Shown: positions 1 through 11,671 of the stretch, one piece after another
How positions within the stretch are numbered: the first letter of the stretch is position 1
Layout: every line of letters starts with the position of its first letter
Assembly (NCBI GenBank): GCA_973895155.1
Contig: OZ316892.1
Coordinates: 31,119,686-31,183,685, forward strand
Direction of reading: 5' to 3'
Length of the DNA stretch: 64,000 bases
Source: Marsupella aquatica
Lineage: Eukaryota; Plantae; Marchantiophyta
The notes under the pieces: generated by a model
What the model saw: only the letters and a program-made list of their open reading frames with translations
Told to the model about the DNA's origin: nothing
Database searches by the model: none
Made by a program: the position numbers and the translations under genes

Positions 1-222
1 TAACTATCATGCCAGAAAATTGGAGGTTTCGCATTTCTGCCATAGCTGTTTCTCTCTGGCGCGCTGTCGGAAAACTGTTTAGTATAAAATAAACACGGTC
101 AGTTGATTCAGGAAAGAAAAGTGTAAGCTGCTAAGTTCTACTTGCGCGAGCACTTTCAGTGCCGCCATCGCCAGTCCATCGTGACGTCCAACGAGGCACA
201 ACATACCATAATAGTTGTCCAA

Positions 223-1722
223 ATAACACTTGGAACCAGTTTGGTTCATTTCTGCTTTCTTCCCTTGGAGTAAACACTGAAAACCTTACAATAGGCTGCC
301 ACCAGAGTGCTCAAGTGAATGGAATCCACCAACGTCCTCTTCCTTTGAGCCTCGTAGCTTGCATGGGTGCAGGAGGAAGCACTTAAATTGGATTGTGCTC
401 TTTCATCCGTTCAAGTTCAGAGCCACAACTATGGTTCAGAGAACTACTCTCGGACTGGTTGTTGTGAGTAAAAGTTGTTGTAGCTGTTTTTAGGGGATTC
501 CGCTTTCAATCAGTTCAGTGAGCTCGATCAGCGGAGGCAACTCACATCCAGGTTGCATGTGCCCTTCCAAGTCCCTATTGCGAGCAACCTGCTTCATGGT
601 TGGCATTCCTGTCGATCACATAAACAGCCCTCAATTCCAACCGTAATTAGAATTCCAAATTGAACCAGGTTTACATTCAATTAGCACAACATACAAATTT
701 CAATTCACTGGTCAGCCATAGGAAATGTAATGCATCGAGGCTGAGTACGACTTAGAGTGCACGTTCTATGGGCCGATGATAGATTGACCTTTCGATCATA
801 ATAAAAGAGTATAGAATGCCTATAGAAATTGCGAAACCTATTGCCGTGCTTGATGCCTTCATCGGGTTCTTCCATCCCTTCGTGCAACGATTTCCCATGC
901 CATCCCTCCCAACCACAATTAATTCCTCCCGTCTCCACTTCTCATCGCTTCTCATTCAATTCTTCCCCACCAGAGCCCATAAAATCTCCATGGCTTCTCA
1001 TGCCTGCAACATAGGGTCTACGATGCATTGGATGCCAATCAACCCAAAATCACAATTGCATTTCACCGAACCACACAGCAATTCTCTCGTGCACCTCTCA
1101 TCGCTTCTCAATCAATTCTTCCCCACCCACTGGCGTCCACAAAATCTCCATAGCTTCTCAAGATGCATTGGAATGCCGCAGGCCAGAGGTACTTCTTGCC
1201 CTCTATTCAGTAAAGCATAGCTCTTCCCACACTTGCTCGTAACCTGGATACGCAGCTACATGCAGCAGGCGATGCGGAGTCACGAGTGCGAGCCACCGCA
1301 AACTCTAGCGACCTCCTCTTCGGGATAACATTTTGGCCCTAAATAGTAAGTTTCCTTTGTAGTTGGTTTGCAATGTTACTGTACTTGTCGTGGATTTACG
1401 TTCGGAGTCGTCTATCCTGGTTTGGTACACTGCATTTACTCTTAACCCAGTAGCTATAATTGCCGTTGGAGTTACTTAATTTACGGATTAGTTTATTGAC
1501 GTATAAGTCCTGCCTTTCAATTCTCTACACGACTCTTTGGTAGAATATTTATAAGAAGAGCACCACTTACTGACGGGAACTTTCCTTCCCGGACACATCG
1601 TTTTAAAAAATTGTGCGAGATCCATTCGAATCCCGTTGGCAAACCCGACGTAAATAGGACTCCTCTGTAGAGTGTTGCCGACTAGTGAAATGCAGGCAAT
1701 CAGTCAAATTTGGCTCTCCACA
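223..1722 (+). repeat. 1.5-kb direct repeat, copy 1 (copy 2 at 12298-13797)
   Basis: ATAACACTTGG...GGCTCTCCACA recurs at a constant offset of 12075, and the ORF track is duplicated (705..938 vs 12780..13013). Only about 14 substitutions seen by eye, mostly transitions. Confidence 0.97.
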
Positions 1723-2039
1723 ACTAGATTTTGTTGCGTCGGATGCAAACAATACCTCCTCATAATCATCGTTAATATAATTAACGACTTCCATGACTAC
1801 GTTTATAACTACGTCCGACGTAACGGCGACGTCAGAGAAATCTAAGCGCCGATTGCCCCATTTTAACGTCGCTAGAAACACGTTTAAAATTAACGTCTCT
1901 GGATGAGCTGTCCTAAATGTCGTTTTGGTCGTCGTTCAATATTAATGACGTATTAGAGGACGTAATGTATTTAGGGTATAACGACGTCAATGTTTACGTC
2001 ATGGAGGGAGACGTAAAAGTGGTAACGTTGCTCTGTAGG

Positions 2040-2825
2040 ATGTTCCGATTGAATCAAGCCATGTTAGACGTTGAGTACATCGGTGTGGACGACTTGAATG
2101 AGGAGTAGTCCATGCTGACTCGAGTATAGCTTGGGTTTTCTACGGGAGGATTTTGGTTTAAGAGTGCTGAGACCAAAGTAGGCTTGCATTTGTGATTTTT
2201 GGAGAATGCACTCTTCCTGAGTACAGAGAAATTGCAGCGTGGGATCTAGACTCAGTGTTCAGTCATGGTGCGCAAGTTCTTCAAAGATGTGCATTGTTGC
2301 TTCCTTCCACTTGGTGAAGAGGACAAGACTATACGTGGGTTCTTTTGTCGGGGAGGTGTTATTGAGAAGTTGTGTACCTCGGAAACAGACTACTTGCTGG
2401 CCTATACGTGGAAAGAAGTTGTTGAGCACTTCAGTGACTACCATGGATTGATCGAGCACTTTGCAGAGACAGTTCATTTCATTTCTATCCGTTGGGTAGA
2501 GTGCTCAATTCTGGCCAACAAACAGTTGGATCCAGGAGACTTCCTGCTGCATCCAGGTGATGATCAGATGTTGGATGAGGCGCCCAACCCAGATGATGGG
2601 GAGGCATATCCACCTACATTGCCCAAATGGGAGCTGTCTCCGACTGAGCTTCACATTGTCTTGTATGATTACAAGGAAAGTTGTGCAGCTGAGGTTGAGG
2701 CTGAAAGGCTAAAGGCTGGGGAAGAGGTCATCCGGAAGAAATGGAACCAAAGGCAGAGGCGTGATTCTTACAAAAGAAGGAAGGCAGATGAGGAGTACTA
2801 CTGGTCTGGTGAAGGAACTCCTTAA
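2040..2825 (+). pseudogene. Uncharacterised transposon cargo ORF (open part 2265-2825, 186 aa)
   Basis: ATG 2040 follows a CTGTAG acceptor-like site and is in frame with ORF 2265..2825. It is interrupted by TAG 2106, TAG 2127, TGA 2193 and TAG 2247. No domain recognised; basic C-terminus (RQRRDSYKRRK). Confidence 0.55.
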
Positions 2826-3340
2826 GTAGCAACAATCTGGATGTCAATGGATGAGGCAGTTTAGTGATTCGGCTAGGTTATAGTCGCTTTGTGGTGGACA
2901 TGCAATGTGCTTTGTAGGACCTTTGTATCTCTATATCATACTGAAACTGAATAAAGACTCCCTCATGTTTTTCATTTTGAATGCATGTGCCAATTAATAT
3001 CACCACTGTCATTAACGTCGTGCGGATATAGTAACGTTGCAATACACGACGTCTTTGGTTTAATACGTACCCTAAAACGACGTAAGTTAGTTTAACATCG
3101 TTTTAAGTGGAGAATCAACGTCGTGTGGAGTAATGTAAACGGGGTCGTGGCTAAATTAACGTCGTTGAAGGCTCAATAAAACGACGTTAATTGGAATTAA
3201 CGTCTGCCTGATACGACGTAGTTTGAAGATACATTGGTCTACCGGACGTAATAGTCATACAACGACGTTACCCACAGATGCTACAAACCCACATGAAGGT
3301 GGCCATAACGAATATATACATGCACTGAATACATTTATGG

Positions 3341-6300
3341 TCATGGATCCATATCATCTACAATTACTGATGCCATCAAACCCTTCCTCCATCGTGGGAA
3401 GATGGGAATGACGATGGACCATCCTCTCATAGTGTGCATCGGAACCATAATACACTGATCCACCTGGCTAGGAAATACTATAGTGTCACTAACCTCAGTC
3501 CCGGATGGTGCTACACGAGTCGTGTCTACCCGATAGAACCCACACTCATCTTTCACCATGGTGGCTCTATGTGGAGGTGACATGATGGATTTGTGCCACC
3601 GCACCTCTAACACAATAGTAGTAAATGACCCAAAGTGAACGTCTAAAATATCCAATATAGTGCCACAATAGGGAATCTCAACATCACCTGGGTCTGTCAA
3701 CATGAACACTCCTGAGTTACATGTACTCTTCTTCATGTGATCTGTCCTCCAAGTGCGAAAGTGGTGCCCTGACTCATACATGTGTGTATGGGTCGTTGCC
3801 CACAACCCTGGTCCCCTAATGATGTTCTGTACATCAATGGGAATGGATAAGGGTCCATGCTCTGCAAGGAGCCTATCCATGCGCTCCAATGCCCACACGC
3901 GAAATAATGCATACCGTTGTGCAACTATCGGTTGCTGCTCCAAGAATGCACTGCAAAAAATGTATGAATCCATGAGAATATTGCACAATCCAAAAAAGTG
4001 CTCCTTGAACCCACTCTAACTTCTACACACATATAATGTAGAACAACGTCTACTGTTAGATTAACAGTTATATAGAGTTGCATATATGTACCTATGCAAC
4101 TCCCTCCACTGAGACATCTCTGGGCGATTTCCCAACACATAATTGTGGATCTGTAGGCAAAGTATGTTGTCATGTAGTGAACGCTTTTTTGATGCACCCA
4201 TCAAACGCAACCCACCATTGTCATCATCTTGTGCCTCTTCCCAAGCTGTGGGAGCTTCTGTGTCCAAACTCCCTATCATCCCTCCGGAATAAAAGAGGCA
4301 CTCCGACATGATATACCCCGTTGCCATACTTCCCTCTGGTCGAGCTGGTTGACGCACCATGGACTTGAGCACTTTCATGAAGCGCTCTACCCAATACATC
4401 CAACGTGCATGGACAGGACCAGCAATCGCGACCTCATCCACCAAGTGACATAGTAAATGCAATTGCATGTCAAATATGCATGGGGGAAACACCTTCTCCA
4501 TATTGCACATCACGCGAGCTGACCTCTCTCTCATCAAAGGAATCTCAGACTCCTTTATCTCCTTAGCGCATACCCACCTATGTTCCTCCTCAAAACCATC
4601 AAAGATTTTGTATATCAGATCCACATAGGGCCATAGAAAAATGAGTTTGAAATACTTGTTGAATTACATGGCTCCTTCAGCGGTAACAAGAACTTGCAAG
4701 AGAGCAATGGAAGAGAGGGTACGTTATCATACCTAAAAATGGAGCACATCTCATATATAGTCAGACGGAGTAAACGACGCTCCCGGGAATCATCACAACA
4801 ACGCAAGACTGCTGGTAGCACATGCTGTATCAACTTGTGATAATCATGAGACTTCAACCCTATTGGGGGTATGTGATCATTCCTTGTAGTGCACCCACGA
4901 AAACCAGCTCCGTAATGGCTAGGGAACTTCATCTCGCTTATCATCCCATTCATGTCCTTCAAAACCTCTCTTGGCAAAATCCAAGGACCAGGAGGTTTCT
5001 CCCCAGTACGTGTTATCCAACAACTCTTCACTACTCCAACCCTCTCAGCATCCTCTCGGACTCCACGAGTGTCATTCGTCCCATAAATGTGCTTCACCAA
5101 GTTCTTAGCAACATTCACTTCAATGTGCATGGGGTCCAACAACCATCGAACCTGGAGTCTCTGGAAATTGAAATAACATATTGAATCAGTTGCAATCTCT
5201 AAATTAAGAATTTTATTGGTCTAATTTGTTGTAAAGGAACCATGCACTTCTATCACTTACCCTCCAATAAGGCAAGTCCCACATAGCTGAGCGTCGGTTT
5301 ACTCCACAATCCTTGGGTTTTAGTAACTTTGCTTCCACCTTCTCTGCCATTTGAATTTGTCCTTCAGCTGAAGGGCCATTAGGACATGGCCGCACTTCAG
5401 TCTCTGCCCAATGTGTTGTGTTTTGTCGCAAGTGGTCATCCATTGCCAACCGGACCCTACTGCCCTCATATGTGGTTTTGTGCAGTAGTCTTGAGTACCT
5501 CCCACGCAACTCTGGGCCACATGAAGGGCAAGCTGAAAAACCTGCCACCTTCAGGCCAGATATTGTCCCCATACCTGCCATTTCATTGAACCATGTTCAG
5601 ACCACAAATAACCCCAACACTTGCATTGTACATGACATTGTGCAAACAATAGTCATTGGGTTGCCCAATGAATTACCTGGACCATCTGTGGTGCAATGAG
5701 TGATCATCACCCTCATATTGAAGGTCCTACCATTGCCTGCTTCACGAGTGACATCTGTTGTCACTGCTCCAACCTCCCATAGATTATGTAGCTCTTCATA
5801 AGCTGGAGCCAAACAGATATCAGGATTCTTACAGGCCTTGGGTCCAGGAATTATAGCTAATAGAAGCACATGACCCTTCTTCATTGCCAACCATGGAGGG
5901 ATGTTTTGATTTATCAAAAGAACAGGCCAGATGGACTTAGGCTTCCGTCGTTGTTTATATGGGTTCACTCCATCGATTGCCAACCCCAAACGAACATTTC
6001 TTGGCTCCTGGGCAAAATTTGGCCAAGTGGCATCAATGTGCTTCCACACTGGACTATCTTGGTGGTATTGCATTATCCCTGGTGGGGATTTGTTCTCCAC
6101 ATGCCAAGTCTGTAGTGTGGATAAGTGCTTTCGTCGGTAGAGATGCTGAAGTCGGGGAGTGATTGGGAAATAACGAAAAACCTGCCAGATCCAATGTAAC
6201 GTCGTCAATTTGTCGACAATCACAATAAACGTCCTTCCACACTACGTATTATTAAAACTAACATCGTAAAGGACGACGTTTCATACCCTAATGTACCATG

Positions 6301-9026
6301 CGACGTTAGTTACTGCATCCCATACGACGTAAAAACAAAAAAACATCAGGTGGAAAGACATAAAGTGAGATGGACGACATAAAGTAATCAATTACATAGT
6401 CATGTACGACGTTGTTTGAAAGAATGCAACGTTAAAAGTTGGACTTTCTTGTTCTCACATTGCGTTGAGGAAAACATTACCTTTTCTGCAATCTTGTCTC
6501 CAATGGTGTCTGGTCGATACCGTGGAAGCCTACAGTGCTCCTCTGGGCAGTGAGTGTGATCCTTGTACACCCCTCTATACAAGATGCACCCACCTGGGCA
6601 CATGTGGATAGTCTCTAAAGCCAATCCAATTGAGGCTAACAACTTCTTAGCCTCCCTCACACATCCAGGGAGAGTGTTTGGTTGGGGCAAGAGTTTGCCG
6701 TGGAACAATTGGAAGAGTGCATCTGTATGGACATCCGAACCATTGAAAACTCCTTGAAAATTCAACATCAACAAAGTTGCACCCAACCTGGATTTGCAAA
6801 ACCACAAACACCAGACTTTTTGCAGTTAGTCCAAGTAGCTAGATGGCATGCCTGGCACTACAATTTAGACTGCCCAATATTCACTAGATGAAATTCCAGA
6901 GTTGTGATAATTTTAGGACAACCTTACCGTGAGGATGGAGATCCCTCAAATAGTGGTGTTCTGGCTTCAGTCTCCAAGTGATCCCAATCTTCTTGATCCA
7001 CTTCCATGATAGGGTGCTCGGCGTCAGGTGCATGAGGTCCAAAGTGAACGTCAACAAGGTGGGCAAAGGCATCTTCTTCAAGGATAGGGTCATCTCCCTC
7101 ATCTCCCTCATCTCCCTCATCGTCAACATCATCATCCAACTCTCCATCATCATCCAACTCTCCATCATATGCATCATGGTACTCCTCATCCTCATCGTCC
7201 ATCTCATCATGGTCAAGGGGCTGACCCTCAGCATCCTCCTCGTCTGAGAAATGTAAGGTGGCACGTACGTGAAAGGCACGGGCTGATGTAGTCATCATTG
7301 ATGGGTGAGGTGTGGGAGTAATATGTACACCATCCTAGAGTTTTCAATATGCAATGACAAATAACAATTAGAGAAAGGGTTTCCGTGATAAAGCTTACAG
7401 TGAAACATCAATAATGAAAAATGCAAGGGTCACCCCATAATGAATATGTCATGTACACATGTAAACATCAATGCCAATCATAATCTACGAGAATCTCTTC
7501 CCCTGCTCTAATGGTGCGGGTAGCATGTGTCAAGATGTAATGCGTGCATGCTACAGGCAAACGAGGGTGACTCTGGTCATGGAACTCGTGCCACTCAGCA
7601 TTTGGCCTAAACCCTGAACGCCGAGAACCAATAGTGCTATTGATGTAACCCGCCAAGTTCCCCGTGCAAGGTGGGTAACCATCAATTTGAGCATACCTAG
7701 GGTCCAACTTTAGTGACATGCCATATCGACTAAAGGTTGGGCACTGTCGGGACAAGATGCGCCATCTTGCCGCCGAATACTTGGGCCCATAGAATGGAAA
7801 CAACTGAGGCAAATCATCGGGTGCACAACCGGTAGGGACCACGATATCCACAAGAGCAAATACTCCAAGTCCTACATGAGTCCCCAATGTGGAGGGGAGG
7901 ATGACCCATGGGCGGTCCCAAACTATAATAGGCTCCCGAAGCAGGAGGTCCATAGGGAGTCCAAACTGGGCTGGGAAGGAGTCCTTTAAGATGTCCAAGG
8001 CTCTCCCTCGCAACTGTCTCGGTGCCCGGGACACCGATGCATCAAGAAAAGGGCATCGGGGCAGAACAATCCTAGGTGGACGGGACTCAATCGATCGGGG
8101 TCTAGTGGTCACCACTACTCCCCTCTCAATAGGGTGCATCCTAAACACTCTCCTCCTCCTCCGAAATACACGGTCTATCTCCCTCAATGTGGCTCGCAAA
8201 TCGGATGGATGGACGAGTGGTGCGAGTGCACGATATGCAATGTCTCTCAAGCGGTCCACAGGCGAAGATCGCACTACAACAGGAATCTGTTCCACATGTT
8301 CACCAAAACAAGTTCAGAATATGACAATCAAAAAACAATTCAAGGAAGGAGATGTTATCATAATTGCAATACCCAACAAAATTGTATTACCTCTCGGGTC
8401 GGGGGGGTGTAACGACCATGGATCCCTAAATGGCTAAGGACAGTGGTCCTCTCGTGTAAGACAACACCCTTGCATCGTCTGCAAGGGCAAGGCATCTTGC
8501 GAATTGGCCCAATCCCCTGAAGAGCAGCCATGGCCTCTCCAAATCCATCAGCATGATGGGGGCTCCGGCCTCTCCTACCGTCGGAACCATGTCTGCATCG
8601 ACGACGCCTGGATCGGTGACGCCTAGATCGATCATACATGTCTGGTGAGTAATCTCTCTCCCGGTCCGACAGGTCGTCCCTCCCCCTATGATGATGGTCA
8701 TCTCTGCGTCGGGTGTAAGTACCCCCACCATGGTCCTCATAGGATGAGTCATCCCTCCTCCTCCCTCCCTCGTCATCCCTCCTCCTCCCTCCCTCGTCAT
8801 CCCTCCTCCTCTACCGCTCGTCATTGCTCCTATAGCCCGATGAAGCTGAACTCCCCCTATGCCGATGATGGTGTCTATGTCGGTGAGAACTACCGCCATG
8901 CTCATCGTCATCGTCACACGAGTCATCCCTTCGCCTATCCGACTCATCATACGTCCCCCTATGATGATGATGGTATCTGTGCCGATGATGCCTGCCCCCA
9001 TCATGGTCCGATGCATAGGTTGCCAT
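3341..9026 (-). CDS. CACTA TNP2-type transposase (Transpos_assoc + Transposase_21 + DUF4218 + DUF4216), 8 coding exons
   Basis: Exons read from GT/AG sites: 9026(or 8639)-8391, 7334-6928, 6787-6481, 6181-5677, 5574-5261, 5160-4733, 4577-4092, 3950-3341. All phases match, giving 1101 aa from ATG 8639. Motifs: CPCRRC..V..HL..HG, IHMCPGGCILYR, YFPITPRL, EPRNVRLGLAIDGVNP, DPMHIEVNV, GLKSHDYH, FPPCIFD..LHL..HL, RWMYWVER, PEGSM, NSGV. One TAG at 8811-8813 interrupts the low-complexity N-terminus if ATG 9026 is used. Confidence 0.93.
7468..8286 (-). CDS. SET-domain (putative protein-lysine methyltransferase) exon nested in transposase intron 1
   Basis: SET motifs in order: GLGVFA, FPFYG, IDG..GNLAGYINS (cf. 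GNxARFINHS), PNA, ATRTIRAGEEILVDY. The ORF-track start is GTG, not ATG. A CAG acceptor at 8289-8287 puts exon 8286-7468 in phase 0 with the donor after 8391. Confidence 0.85.
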   Translation of the reverse strand: MPVVVRSSPVDRLRDIAYRALAPLVHPSDLRATLREIDRVFRRRRRVFRMHPIERGVVVTTRPRSIESRPPRIVLPRCPFLDASVSRAPRQLRGRALDILKDSFPAQFGLPMDLLLREPIIVWDRPWVILPSTLGTHVGLGVFALVDIVVPTGCAPDDLPQLFPFYGPKYSAARWRILSRQCPTFSRYGMSLKLDPRYAQIDGYPPCTGNLAGYINSTIGSRRSGFRPNAEWHEFHDQSHPRLPVACTHYILTHATRTIRAGEEILVDYDWH

Positions 9027-9475
9027 GTCCCCTGTGATCAAATTTACAAAGGCCCCCACAACATATTAAACCCCAAGCATAAACGTATCCCGCTACGTTA
9101 ACCAAACTAACGTCCATCCACACGACGTTCCCCTAAAATTAACGTCGTTTTTTAGGTTGTGGGGAGGTTGCCAAATTTAGTTTACGTAATAATGTACGAC
9201 GTACTTAATAAGTTAACGTCGTTAGGTATGACGTAATTATATGTAACGTCGCCGCTAAACCCTACACTCCTGGTTAACGTTGTGATTAATGACGTTAAAT
9301 TAGGGTAACGGCGGGTCTCCAAGGTTCGTGGGCTACGGCTGTTTTCCTTTAACAAAACATCGGGAAGTGACTTGAATGTGACTCACATTCAACATTCAAC
9401 ACTTCCCCTCTCCCCCTCTCGACCTCCTATCTTAACAGTGAATGACTATGGCTCATCCAGGCTATCTCCCTTCCA

Positions 9476-11376
9476 GTGGAGATTTTGATGCAGACTTGGT
9501 GGCTGGATGATCCAGGGGAGTTAGAAAAGGTGCGTAAAGCTATGCAATCGACACATTCGCTGATACATGCTTTCAACCAGAGTTGGAAGTTCTTGGGAGG
9601 AAAAGGAAGCAAGGAGTCTCAGTTTCTGGAGTACCTGGAAAATATAGAGGCCAATGCTCCTACCCTCGATGATTATGTGGAAACTGAGAATGCAACGCTC
9701 TTGGGGGAGGATGGGGGGCCTTCGATCGATGCTCTGAACTCCTTCCCGTCCCTACTAGATGATGGGTGGGACGATCCTGCCTTCAATGGAATGCAGCCTG
9801 ATTCTCAGGCACCTAGTGGGACCCCAATCAAGAGTGTGGTCCGGGTAGCACATGACAGATTCCAGCCTGATAGCACATGACAGATTCCAGCCTGATCAGG
9901 ATCGGGACTCTCGCAGGCGGAGGAGGCATCGTGATAGAACACACAACAGCAATAGCAGCCTTGATGAGAGAAGACGGAAGGGGAAAGGGAAGGAGTATAG
10001 AGATGCAGATCCACACAGTAGAGGTACATACAAAAGAAGAAGAACAGAGGGAGATGCAAGGGCAGACAGAAGAGAGAGGTACTCACCTCAGCGTGAACGT
10101 CACTCCCACAAGAAGCGACAACCTTCTCCTGAGCGACCGGTAACTACTGCTGTGAGTCGAGACAAACTCCCAACCATCACCTTGGATGCGTTTGATGCTA
10201 GGCCGGATGTTCTGGATGAGAAGGCCCTCACAAATCGAGTGCAGATGTGTTGTGCCAAGCACTGTCCTGGTTGGACAACTTGGAAGGATCTCGCGCAGAA
10301 CCCAAAGAAGTTTCAGCTCCTCCTGAACGATGTGCAAGCTGGGTTTAGGAACGGCCGTGAAATAGACTATAGGCACATCAGACAAAAGATCGTAGGCTAC
10401 CTTGCAGATCGGAGGTTTAGATGGAGAAACAAGGTTCGAAAAATGAGATGCCCAAGGACAGAGCAATACCTGAAACCAGAAGGAATGAGCGACGCCGACT
10501 TCAAGTTGATCGTGGCTGAGTTGGAAGCAGCACCTGACACCCCAATAGGCAAGCGAGTGCACATGGGGGACAAAGCTGCTGCAGCCCGCAAATCAAATGG
10601 CCGCCTGCGTGTGACCAATTTTTGGGGCCAGGGAGGATGGCGAGGCTTCCTTGCAACCTATGTAAGTCCCCCACCCTCTTCAAAGCACAACTTGTTCATG
10701 CTTCGACCGCTGCGGTGAGAACATTGAATTAACGTTGTTTTTCTCCTCTAACGTCGCAAGTTCTAAATTTAACGTCTAGACCCCATACGTTCATCCTACC
10801 TAACGTCGTCTCTCGCGACGTTACATTTAATTAACGTCTTTTCTACATCGTTAATATTGAAGTTTCACTATATACCTTGTCTTGGACGACGTTAATTATA
10901 AAATGTCGTTAGGTACATTGTAGTTAACGACGATGGTGACGACGTTCTCCAATTTCCTGCAGAAACGCAAGTTTGGAGCTAACGCCGAGCCAAGTGAGCA
11001 GGAGCGGCTCTATTCAAAATGCTATGGCCCGGCGGCCCTATGGGCTAAGCTGGACTCAGTCCCGGAGGACCACCCAGTGGTAAGTTACATAGTCAGGTTA
11101 GGTTCCTTCTATACTAGGTTTTGCATCCACTATTTGCAGGAGGTAAACTGATCCCTTATGTCATATCCAGGAGGATTGGAGTCCTCCAGAGGGGTTAGTG
11201 GCACGACCCATTGCGGAAGATGAGGAGGCAGATCATGGAGGGGAGGAGCCTGATACGCAGGAGGAGGCCTTAGTAGACTGTGGGCAGGAGGGCAGTTTAG
11301 GTACACAGGGCCGGTCATCTTCTAACCTCTCCCCTCCAGTGGAGACTGATAGGGGTCATACCAGCCATAGACGACG

Positions 11377-11408
<32 letters not shown>

Positions 11409-11671
11409 AGAGAGGGGGGGGGAGGGAGAGACATAGAGAGAGGAAGAGGAGCCGTGTCGAGAGGGATACCACTAGGGGACACAGTGGCACTAGAGATGTA
11501 GTCCCTAGGAGTAGAGGCAAGGGAGCTGTGGAGTTGGTGTCTGGTAGCAGTAGTTCAGACGAGGATCCACTTCGGTACGAGTTGCGGCCCCGAGGCAAAC
11601 AGTCGGAGGCATCGCCACGTATTTCTGTTCGCAGGTCTGGACGTGATAGGAGCCGCTCTCAGCGGCATTAG
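9476..11671 (+). pseudogene. CACTA second gene, TnpA/Ptta (Transposase_24)-like, frameshifted
   Basis: Divergent from the transposase. Exons ~9476-10661, 10963-11079 and 11171-11671 have phase-0 GT/AG junctions. The W..L...KF..L..D...F / P..MSDADF..IV / ARK.N....FWGQGGW pattern resembles TnpA-type proteins. A 25-bp tandem duplication at 9846-9895 shifts the frame between ORFs 9476..9880 and 9852..10718. Confidence 0.65.

Noticed and set aside
705-1220. ORFs within the direct repeat
   Set aside because: No recognisable domain, and the stop position differs between the two copies (1220 vs 13217).
8426-9101. Overlapping ORFs 8426..9016 (-), 8645..9037 (+), 8859..9101 (+)
   Set aside because: Shadow frames of the low-complexity transposase exon.
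11140-11142. 3-nt micro-exon (CAG|GAG|GTAAAC) in the TnpA-like gene
   Set aside because: The following intron would be only 28 nt, and the frame is preserved without it.
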